Of a stretch of DNA of 64,000 nt, positions 50,349 to 61,040 are shown piece by piece. The notes beneath the pieces were generated by a model, which made no database searches, was not told the DNA's origin, and was given only the letters and a program-made list of their open reading frames with translations. The translations under genes and the position numbers were made by a program. Within the stretch, counting starts at the first letter, position 1, and each line of letters starts with the position of its first letter. Origin of the DNA: Eledone cirrhosa (lineage: Eukaryota); NCBI GenBank assembly GCA_964016885.1, contig OZ024743.1, forward strand, positions 203,856,001 through 203,920,000, in the 5' to 3' direction.

Positions 50349-50778
50349 TCATAAAATAAATGAAAAGAAATGTCACCTTACCGACAAATATGTTGAGCAG
50401 TAGAAATCTCTTCATTTTTATCGTCTTCGTTTTTCAAGTGTTGTAGCAACAGAAACTTACCGCGGATGTTGCATGTAGGTACTAATTATTAAAGTATGCA
50501 ACTGGATATTTTTAATATTGCTATATGTTTTTTTTTAAATCTGATTGGCTAACATTGATTTATAGCAGCCTCTTTCCTCTATTGAAATAAGCCCACCCAG
50601 ATTTTCGCAAGTGCAGATTTCACGACTGCTTCCTCGTGGTTTTAACCTGTTTGTAAAGCGGCTTGATAGTACGAATTTCTATGTATATGTATGTGAGTGA
50701 GTGTGTGTACATGTGCGTGTTCGTTATATGAGTTATATACAAACGTTATGTAAGTTACCTACACGTCTTCACCAATTA

Positions 50779-50884
<106 letters not shown>

Positions 50885-50894
50885 ATATATAATA

Positions 50895-50932
<38 letters not shown>

Positions 50933-50933
50933 T

Positions 50934-50965
<32 letters not shown>

Positions 50966-50975
50966 TTATATATAT

Positions 50976-51009
<34 letters not shown>

Positions 51010-51021
51010 ATATATTCATAT

Positions 51022-51053
<32 letters not shown>

Positions 51054-51118
51054 ATATATTTATATATATATATATATATATATAATATATTTATATATAT
51101 ATATATATATATATAATA

Positions 51119-51156
<38 letters not shown>

Positions 51157-51182
51157 TTATATATATATATATATATATAATA

Positions 51183-51226
<44 letters not shown>

Positions 51227-51227
51227 T

Positions 51228-51367
<140 letters not shown>

Positions 51368-51378
51368 TATATATATAT

Positions 51379-51617
51379 ACGATATTAATAAATGGAAACT
51401 ATATTTATAAAACCATATTTATTTCATTATACATATTTAAGGGATACCTGAATTTAATTTCGTATCCCTGAAATATGTATAATGAAATAAATATGGTTTT
51501 ATAAATATAGTTTCCATTTATTAATATCGTATATCTACTCCAAATACTTGTCGAGTGCTTTATATCAGTTATAAAAATATTTACTTGTTGTATCCCAACA
51601 ATTTTAAATAGAACTTT

Positions 51618-51620
<3 letters not shown>
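51379..51620. repeat. Fold-back retaining the 3' half of a hammerhead, plus tail (family also at 29480-29757 and 31806-31970)
   Basis: Arms 51379-51448 / 51462-51530; centre AGGGATAC..GTATCCCT-GAAA-T-ATGT-ATA. Confidence 0.75.
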
Positions 51621-51682
<62 letters not shown>

Positions 51683-51699
51683 TATATATATATATGTAT

Positions 51700-51731
<32 letters not shown>

Positions 51732-51811
51732 ATATATATTATATATATATATATATGTATTATATATATATATGTATTATATATATATGTATTATATATA
51801 TATGTATTATA

Positions 51812-51865
<54 letters not shown>

Positions 51866-52034
51866 TATATATATATGTATATATATAAATATATATATAT
51901 ATAAGTGTATATATATATATGTATAATATATATATATGCATATATATATATATATATATATATATGTATTATATATATATGTATTATATATATATAAATG
52001 TATGTATTATATATATATGTATTATATATATATG

Positions 52035-52109
<75 letters not shown>

Positions 52110-52230
52110 AGGTGAGTTTTATTGTAGTACAATAAAGGAATGCAGATATCGGATAAGAAGCACTCTACAGTTTGTAGGACTGGAGTATACATAATATATA
52201 AGATCAAAAGATGGTTAAATGAGTTCCATG

Positions 52231-52301
52231 TATTTTATTATGCGCATTTCAAAAACAAATATCATCATGCAATAACATTTGTGTTTTCATCAGATAAAAT
52301 A
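52231..52301 (-). ncRNA. Type I hammerhead (inverted pLTR copy)
   Basis: Reverse complement of 54554-54624. Confidence 0.8.
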
Positions 52302-52332
52302 GGAGGACATGATATGAAGGTTTAAAACACTT

Positions 52333-53598
52333 GTGGATAGTGCAGTTTTAAATCAACATAACCTAAAAATTGAATTTGATAACAGCATCAAACTAGCTAA
52401 TTTCTTGGATGTATCTCTTAATCTTAACACTGGCCTCTATTACCGTTACCATAAAAACAATGAGAACCTAAATTATGTTAATTTTAAATCTAACCACCCT
52501 ACTAATATTAAGAATGCTATAGTTAGTAATATTGGAAAAAGAATATCTAACCTATCTTCTAATAAAAACATCTTCGATGCTAACGCCAATTACTATAATA
52601 ACGCGCTTTCTAAAGCCGGCTATCCTGATAAAATCAAATATAATAAAGAAACAAATTCTAGAAGATCTTACAGTAGAATAATTAATCATGATCATTCCAA
52701 TAACTTTAATAAAAGACCTAGATACAAAAACATAATCTGGTATAATGCTCCTTTCTCCATCTCTATTAATAATAATATTCCTAAAGTATTCTTTAGTGCC
52801 TTAAATAACTGCTTCCCTCCCTCACATATCTATAGTAAAATATTTAACAAACACACTATACAATTTTCCTATTCGACATCCTCCAACATTTCCAACATTA
52901 TCTCTAAACACAACAATAAAATACTAAATACTGAATCGCTTCCTTCCAACACTGAATATCATAATAATAGTAATAGTACTCCCGACGTCATTGTAAACCC
53001 TAGGCTACTTTCTGCAAACCCAAATACAACGTCAAACACAACTTCGCTAAATGTTCCTAATCCCATTCTAAATCAAGAAACTATTATTCCTATCGCAAAT
53101 AACTTCTCCAATCCAATTCCTTGTATAGATAACACTAGGTCACTCGTTAATAATCTCTCTAATCGCAATTGCAATTGCCCTGCTAAAAATAAATGTCCTC
53201 TCAACAACCATTGTCTTGATAAAAACTTAATTTACGAATGTAAAGTTATAACTGACACCAATTCCTTCACCTATTTTGGCTCCACTTCCACCTCCTTTAA
53301 AGCTCGTCTTTATAATCATCATTCGTCTTTTAAATATAAACTTAACAGAACCAACACGGCTCTCTCAGAACTCATATGGTCCTTGAAAGACAAAAATATA
53401 AAATATAACATCTCTTGGAAAAAGGTTTCCTCTGCTTCTCCATACTTGAACAGTTCTCTATCCAAGACTTGCAATCTCTGTCTAAATGAAAAATTTACCA
53501 TTATATCTAATTTAGATTCTATAATAAATAGACGCACTGACTTGTTTTCTATCTGCTTGCATAAATTCCACAAAACTTTCCATAAAGTATACAGCTAA
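52333..53598 (+). CDS. Penelope RT thumb + GIY-YIG endonuclease (5'-truncated; first codons come from the inverted pLTR)
   Basis: NFLDVSLNL, SNHP, IWYNAPFS, CNC..CPL..C, IYECKV..YFGSTSTSFKARLYNH, CNLCLNEK, CLH. Confidence 0.88.
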   Translation: MDSAVLNQHNLKIEFDNSIKLANFLDVSLNLNTGLYYRYHKNNENLNYVNFKSNHPTNIKNAIVSNIGKRISNLSSNKNIFDANANYYNNALSKAGYPDKIKYNKETNSRRSYSRIINHDHSNNFNKRPRYKNIIWYNAPFSISINNNIPKVFFSALNNCFPPSHIYSKIFNKHTIQFSYSTSSNISNIISKHNNKILNTESLPSNTEYHNNSNSTPDVIVNPRLLSANPNTTSNTTSLNVPNPILNQETIIPIANNFSNPIPCIDNTRSLVNNLSNRNCNCPAKNKCPLNNHCLDKNLIYECKVITDTNSFTYFGSTSTSFKARLYNHHSSFKYKLNRTNTALSELIWSLKDKNIKYNISWKKVSSASPYLNSSLSKTCNLCLNEKFTIISNLDSIINRRTDLFSICLHKFHKTFHKVYS

Positions 53599-53638
53599 TA
53601 TCTTAAACTTTATCAATTCAGAATCCTCTTCTCAAAGG

Positions 53639-53681
<43 letters not shown>

Positions 53682-54029
53682 TTCTTTAAAAATATACCCA
53701 TCTTTCTACCTTATTTCAAAGTTATTTATTATATTCTATATCACTCCTATTCATCACTTCCCTTTTTTCCTTTTCCTTTTCTTTTCTTTTTCTTTTAATT
53801 TCTAACCCCTAATCTGTACCTTTTCTCACTGTGCCTAACATAGAAACAATTATTACACAATACACTATATTCTTACTTCATATCACCTTGAAATAATCCT
53901 TCGTAAACATAAACATTTTTTTTTACGTTAGATTATTCATTCGCTATTCTTTATTTTTTTCTCACTTTCATCTAACTTATTCATGCTCATCTCACAATAT
54001 ATCCTTACTTACATTACTTCTGTTTTTTT

Positions 54030-54200
54030 AATAATACATATCAACATTTTCTTTCCATCGCACATATTATTAAACCCTTAAATATTATTCTTAATTCATA
54101 TTAACATTTTCTTTCCATCGCACATATTATTAAACCCTTAAATATTATTCTTAATACATATTAACAATTTCTTTTCATCACACATATTATTAAACCCTTC
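54030..54200 (+). repeat. 60-bp tandem repeat, ~3 copies, in the Penelope 3' region
   Basis: CATAT.AACATTTTCTTTCCATCGCACATATTATTAAACCCTT repeated. Confidence 0.9.
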
Positions 54201-54553
54201 AAACCTTAACTTTACATTATTTTTCTCTTCGTTAATTTTCAAATTCTTTTAATTTATACATTATCTTCCAACGGTTTTTCAACCTCTCTATGTAAAACAA
54301 TATATTTTTCTCAGTTATAAAAGCTATCTCTCTCTCTCTCTATCACCCATCTCTCCTCCTATCTCATCCTTCCTCATTATACTCCTCCCCATCCACTTTT
54401 TACTCTCATCTCCTCCTCTTTTTCATCCCCCCCCCCCCCGCCCCTGAAATAATGTTTTCCCCAATATCACATATCAATCTGAAACTACTTTTCATATGTT
54501 GATTTAAAACTGCACTATCCACAAGTGTTTTTAACCTTCATATCATGTCCTCC

Positions 54554-54624
54554 TATTTTATCTGATGAAAACACAAATGTTATTGCATGATGATATTTGT
54601 TTTTGAAATGCGCATAATAAAATA
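54554..54624 (+). ncRNA. Type I hammerhead in Penelope pLTR
   Basis: TATTTTAT-CTGATGA-AAACACAAATGTTAT..ATGATATTTGTTTTT-GAAA-T-GCGC-ATA/ATAAAATA. Confidence 0.82.
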
Positions 54625-54654
54625 CATGGAACTCATTTAACCATCTTTTGATCT

Positions 54655-54686
<32 letters not shown>

Positions 54687-55205
54687 TTCATAATATTTCA
54701 GAACATATATTTATCCAACTTAATTATTGGTTTGCTGCATGTCATTTGAGAAAATATGTTAATGATATATTAAATTATGCACTAAGTAACTGAAATATAC
54801 AATAAATTTGTATTTGTAGAGAAAGAGCACTGGGTTTAATTGAATAAGTATGTAAACATACATACATTTAGATGTGTAAATATGTTTTATTCACACATTT
54901 CTCAATCTACAGGGAAATGTGGTAATATGTTGACATGTTTACATCTGTAAATGAGTGTTTACTTACACACATTCTTTGCGGCAGCCCCACTTAAAACCTG
55001 TGCTGTTTCTATACAGATATGAATATATATGTATATATGTGTGTGTATATATAATGTATATAATCGTACTTAAATTATATTGCCGATATAATACTATCGA
55101 TAAGGTGATTGAATAATTAAAAAAAAATATTTTAGTGCATGTTCTGATTTCTGTAATTAGAATTAATAGCAATTAGTAAACGTGTGTGTGTATTTTGAAG
55201 AAAAG

Positions 55206-55278
55206 GGTGATTTTGACTTTGAAGTTTTGGCATTACCTCACCAGTGTGATGAGGTAATGTTGAAACTTCAACATCACT
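55206..55278 (+). ncRNA. Candidate pre-miRNA-like hairpin
   Basis: 20-bp stem GAAGTTTTGGCATTACCTCA / TGAGGTAATGTTGAAACTTC with three G-U pairs, 9-nt loop, lower stem GGTGAT/ATCACT. Confidence 0.3.
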
Positions 55279-56053
55279 GCTGACTATTTCTTTGGAAAAT
55301 ATATTTCATACATTACTCACATGTATTGAGTTCTCATGTTTGAATGTTCAATAAACATTCTTACATGTGGTAATAGCATGTTAATATTTAATTTGAAATT
55401 ATTGTTGAATCCTTTGTTTACTATATAGGTTAGTGTCATTAATAAATTAATATGTTGAACACTTGTGAAATAAAACCATTATTTCTAGATATCCTTCCCA
55501 TTTCATTATTATATTTCTAATAAATCACACACTGGACTCGCGCATAGCCAAGAGGAGCGCGCATAGCCAAGACGACGCATATATATATAGACAGATGAGA
55601 AAAGAAAAAATCATGGAAAGTCATCCGTACCCCCACGCAGACATGCTCAGACAAATACATCGACCCAGGCATGCGCACACCCGTGCTCAAGTATGTCTGT
55701 ATGGACACGCATACATACATGCCCCCGTGTGCTCCCACGCCGAAGGCATATACTTGATGAGTACCCCTCATACGTCTTCCCACGCGCCGCTGCGCAGATG
55801 GTGCACACAGTATTGTATGAGACAACGCATTTGAGGCTTTGACCCAACCCGATCACGTGGCGGTGTGAGTCCGAAAGTGCCTGCACAATATGCCTAAATG
55901 TTAAGGCAGCACAATATCCCTGTACTAATCGCATATACTGTGGGTGGCACATATATTTAAAAAAAACTGTACGTACATAACATAAAATAATGAAATAATA
56001 TACAATAATAAAATAAAATAGATTATTTTATTATTTCATTATTTTATGTTATG

Positions 56054-56227
56054 GCAGGTGAATTGTCAGTATCGGGAGAGGGTCTGACATGCATAGCCAC
56101 GTCCCTTTACGATCTGAGTTCAAATCCCGCCGAGGTTAACTTTGCCTTTCATCCTTACGGGGTCGATAAAATATAGTACAAGTAATGTACTGGGATAATT
56201 GCTGGCCTTGTGCCAAAAGAAGAAACA
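56054..56227 (+). mobile_element. SINE family B with 16-bp target-site duplication
   Basis: ATTATTTTATGTTATG at 56038-56053 and 56228-56243; B-box GTTCAAATCC. Confidence 0.88.
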
Positions 56228-56269
56228 ATTATTTTATGTTATGTACGTACAGGTTTATTTATATACTCG

Positions 56270-57478
56270 AATCTAGGCATACTCGAATCCTGGATTCGAC
56301 TATGATGTACCTGTGTACTGTAAATTCAGGCAACTCTACTTGGCACTACATAGGTTCCGCGGCTGGGGATTTCAAGAAAAGGTGGTACGTCCACAGACAC
56401 TCCATGAAGAACCGTAGACTGGAGAACTCTACGACGCTCGCCAATAAAATCTGGCAGCTTTAAAACACAAACCAGGAGTATAAGATTAGCTGGTCAAAAT
56501 TATCGGTAGCAAGGGCCTACAGACACGGAATGTCCTACTGCGGACTTTGTAATTTAGAATAATTCCATATTTTAAGGTACGATAAGATGCTGCTTAACAG
56601 CAAAATAGCAAGATGAATTTTCTGTAGGCATAAAATAGCTACCACATTCACAAACTTCAAACCACCGTGATTCGAACCAGAAATCCCTAAATTAGAACTG
56701 AACCACCTGGATTTTAACCTATGGAATACACACCAGCACACTGCTATTAGCTGTCAAACGGCCAACTGGTTACTAGATCATAAATCACTTAACATCTCTT
56801 TCACCCTTTTTCCCTGAAACAGCATCAACCCCATTAAGACAAGACAATCAGCATAACATTTACCACACACATTTGTCAAACCTCCCTTCACCATCCACCC
56901 TTAGCCCTTAAATCTCACACTTGTATCCACCAATTAATCTCTAATTTATTGCTTTTTCCCTTTTCTTTTATCTGTCACTACATCAGACTCTCTACGCGTA
57001 TCTATGTATATTTCGAATATGACTTTTCATGATAGCACTAAACCCACCACAGAATCCTTATAAGAACACTTACTCACCACCACCACAAGCATACTCTGTA
57101 CTTACATGCTCTCACTTATCCTTATTTATTTATTTATATTTTCCATTTTCTTACTTTTTTAATGTATTTTTTCTTATCTTTTACTTTTTACGTTTTACAT
57201 CTGTAACTTTTCTACCTATTTGTCATATATATTTTATTATTGATGTAATTGTTTTGATTATACGGTATTCTTCTATATATATCTTGACTCGAGTGAATTA
57301 TTTTTATATCTTCGTATTCTGATGAGTTGATCAGAGGTAAATAATGTAATAGAGATCGAGTGACGCAACTTCAAGCGATTAGCGACCTCTAGACTCACCT
57401 GATCAATGAAACACAATTGTCAATACCTGAAATAGAGCCCCTTGTTGTACAGCCAACCATGTTATACTCTTCATTCTT

Positions 57479-57483
<5 letters not shown>
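56270..57483 (+). mobile_element. Penelope 3' remnant (GIY-YIG C-terminus + pLTR)
   Basis: MYLCTV..HYIGSAAGDFKKRWYVH..STTLANKIWQL, CGLC; HHR near the end; then (TA)n. Confidence 0.75.
57314..57426 (+). ncRNA. Type I hammerhead with ~82-nt stem II insert
   Basis: GTATT-CTGATGA-GTTGATCAG...CTGATCAAT-GAAAC-ACAATT-GTC/AATAC. Confidence 0.82.
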
Positions 57484-57516
<33 letters not shown>

Positions 57517-57596
57517 TAGAAAATAGAATAGCTTTCACCGTATTTTTGACTAAAGGAATTTTAGCCTGATAATGGGGTTTAGAACCCTCAGATAAA

Positions 57597-58265
57597 TGTA
57601 AAAAAAACACCCTCCTCCTCGTGAGAGGGGTCATTCTGCCCGTTATTTGGCCCTTCGGGGTTAAATAACCGCTTATTGGGGTTTTGTGCCCAACATTTAT
57701 TTAAAAAAAACAAAAAAGACATGGCTACGAAAAAGAATTTCATAGGTCACTCCCACTCATTCCGTCTTCTTCTTCCTCAATCGTCACTACAGCAGAGAGA
57801 AGAGTGTCTCTCTCCCTCCCTTCTCTTTCGCAAGCGACGCCAGAAAAGAAAAATCACGTGCAAAGCGTGCAAGATTACTCCACGACGACGACGACAACGA
57901 CGAAAAAGGTGTGCGGCAAATACGAAAACCCATTTCATTCGTCTGACTTCAGGAATAATAGCAGTAGCAGCCGTAATAACAGCAGCAGCAGCAACAGTGA
58001 CAAGGAAAACAACAGTAGCAGCCGCAACAGCATCAGCAGCAGCATAAACAACAACAGCATTAGCAGCAACAACAACAGCAACAACAACGACATAACAAAT
58101 TTGTTACAAAGGCTGAAGAGAAGCTGGATTCTATATCATAACATTTGCAGCGCTACAGGTTCAATAGTGGATGTGGATATTTTTATGTTGCTATTTATAT
58201 GTTTATTAAGTATGTGTGTATGACTCACCACCCCAGACTATATTTTACATCATCCAATTCTCACT

Positions 58266-58326
<61 letters not shown>

Positions 58327-59475
58327 CTCTCTCTATTGATATATATTCTTTCTTCTGTTCAGATGCTTCCATGTTCTCATAATTTATCGTTCACTTCTCA
58401 CCCTTCCCTTTCTCTTTGGAACACCCTTAGTCACCGTTTAAACCCGCCTGAGAATAATAAAGTGAATCGCGCACTGTAAAAAGAAATTCGGTGAAGTTGA
58501 AACTGTTTATGATACATACGTGAAAACAAAAGAAATATGCATGAGAATGCTGTCGATATTATTGTTATGATAATTGTTTCTATTTTTAGCACAAGGACAT
58601 TACTAATGCTTTATTTTATCGACCCCGTTAGGATGAATGGCAAAGTTAACCTCGGCGGGATTTTAAATCAGAACATGAAGCGCCATAACTCTATACTGCA
58701 AAGCGTGGCGTCTGACGCTCTACCGATACTGCCAATCCACCTCCCATTGTTATGACGATAATGGAAGCATTGATGAGTTTTTGCAGTGGTTGTTGGCATT
58801 GTGACAAGGTTGTAGTAGAGTAAGTTGGTATGATAGTGTTGTGGAACAGTGGTTCGTTATCTGTTGGTGTGGTAGTTGGTGGTGGTGTGTTGTTTTGCAG
58901 TTAATTATTATTTGGTAGGTCAGGCGGTGCATTGGCAGAATCGGTAGAGCTTCGGACAACAAAATTTGCGGCGTATAGCTACGTACCTTAATGTTCTGTG
59001 TTCAAATCCCGCCGAGGTTAGCTTTGTTTTTCATCCTTGCGGAGGCGATAAAGTAGAAACACCCATAATTCACTGACGCCGATTTAATCGACCCCCCCCC
59101 CCTAGAATTGTTGGCCTTATGCCAAAAGTAGATTTAGGCACAATTATTAGGCAGGTCTGGAGATACGGTTTGACTCCATGACTTGGATACAATACCGCGG
59201 CTCGCTAATTGCTGGTTCTGTTTAAGGGTGATGAGGTGCTCATCCGAGACGTTTATGTTCAGAAAATTGACATCTGCTTTATCGTTAATTTAGTTTCGAT
59301 CTATATTTGTTATCTTTATTTACTTGTGACTTATGATGTTATTGCTAGAGAACCACGCTACGGGACAAAAGCAAACATAGGTGACATTTGCTTTATGATT
59401 GATTTAGTTTCGATCTATATTTCTTGTCTTTAGTCACTTGTTGTGATGTTCTTACTAGCCAATCATGCGATATTA

Positions 59476-59520
<45 letters not shown>

Positions 59521-60162
59521 CATGTTGCCCGAAGCTCTACCGATTCTGCTAATGCACCGCCTGACCTACCAAATAATAATTAACTGAAAAACAACACAGC
59601 ACCACCAACTACCACACCAACAGATAACGAACCACTGTTCCATCAACACTATCATACCAACTTACTCTACTACAACCTTGTCACAATGCCAACCACCACT
59701 GCAAAAACTCATCAATGCTTCCATTATCGTCATAACAATGGGAGGTGGATTGGCAGTATCGGTAGAGCGTCAGACGCCACGCTTTGCAGTATAGAGTTAT
59801 GGCGTTTCATGTTCTGATTTAAAATCCCGCCGAGGTTAACTTTGCCATTCATCCTAACGGGGTCGATAAAATAAAGCATTAGTAATGTCCTTGTGCTAAA
59901 AATAGAAACAATTATCATAACAATAATATCGACAGCATTCTCATGCATATTTCTTTTGTTTTCACGTATGTATCATAAACAGTTTCAACTTCACCGAATT
60001 TCTTTTTACAGTGCGCGATTCACTTTATTATTCTCAGGCGGGTTTAAACGGCGACTAAGGGTGTTCCAAAGAGAAAGGGAAGGATGAGAAGTGAACGATA
60101 AATTATGAGAACATGGAAGCATCTGAACAGAAGAAAGAATATATATCAATAGAGAGAGCGGC

Positions 60163-60211
<49 letters not shown>

Positions 60212-60911
60212 TTAGTGAGAATTGGATGATGTAAAATATAGTCTGCGGTGGTGAGTCATACACACATACTTAATAAACATATAAATAGCAACATAAAAAT
60301 ATCCACATCCACTATTGAACATGTACCGCTGCAAATGTTATGATATAGAATCCAGCTTCTCTTCAGCCTTTGTAACAAATTTGTTATGTCGTTGTTGTTG
60401 CTGTTGTTGTTGCTGCTAATGCTGTTGTTGTTTATGCTGCTGCTGATGCTGTTGCGGCTGCTACTGTTGTTTTCCTTGTCACTGTTGCTACTGCTGCTGT
60501 TATTACGGCTGCTACTGCTATTATTCCTGAAGTCAGACGAATGAAATGGGTTTTCGTATTTGCTGCACACCTTTTTCGTCGTTGTCGTCGTCGTCGTGGA
60601 GAAATCTTGCACGCTTTGCACGTGATTTTTCTTTTCTGGCGTGGCTTGCGAAAGAGAAGGGAGGGAGAGAGACACATTTAGAGAAGGGAGGGAGAGAGAC
60701 AATCTTCTCTCTGCTGTAGTGACGATTGAGGAAGAAGAAGACGAAATGAGTGGGAGTGACCTATGAAATTTCTTTTTCGTAGCCATGTTTTTTTTGTTTT
60801 TTTAAAATAAATATTGGGCACAAAACCCCAATAAGCGGTTATTTAACCCCGAAGGGCCAAATAACGGGCAGAATAACACCTCTCACGAGGAGGAGGGTGT
60901 TTTTGTTTACA
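57597..60911. repeat. Large inverted duplication: arms ~57597-58961 and ~59523-60911, spacer ~560 bp
   Basis: The ORF track shows the same peptides on opposite strands (e.g. 58537-58755 + vs 59730-59948 -). Confidence 0.93.
58570..59135. mobile_element. SINE family B copies (58570-58745 -, 58921-59135 +; mirror copy 59741-59915 +)
   Basis: Family B core sequence. Confidence 0.78.
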
Positions 60912-61003
60912 ATTTGGTTAAAGTTTTAAACAATTTACAATTGTTATAGCGGTCAAAATTGACAATACCTTACAGAGCCGAGCCTCCGTCAACCATAGCA
61001 TTC

Positions 61004-61040
<37 letters not shown>

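Larger units (their letters stand above)
52191..54664 (+). mobile_element. Penelope-like element (third family) bounded by inverted pLTR copies 52191-52360 / 54495-54664
   Basis: 170-bp inverted repeats, each containing an HHR, around an RT-thumb/GIY-YIG ORF. Confidence 0.9.

Noticed and set aside
57804-58223. Ser/Asn-rich or poly-Q-like ORF (mirror at 60256-60786)
   Set aside because: CAG/CAA low-complexity tract; the Q frame has stops; no recognisable domain
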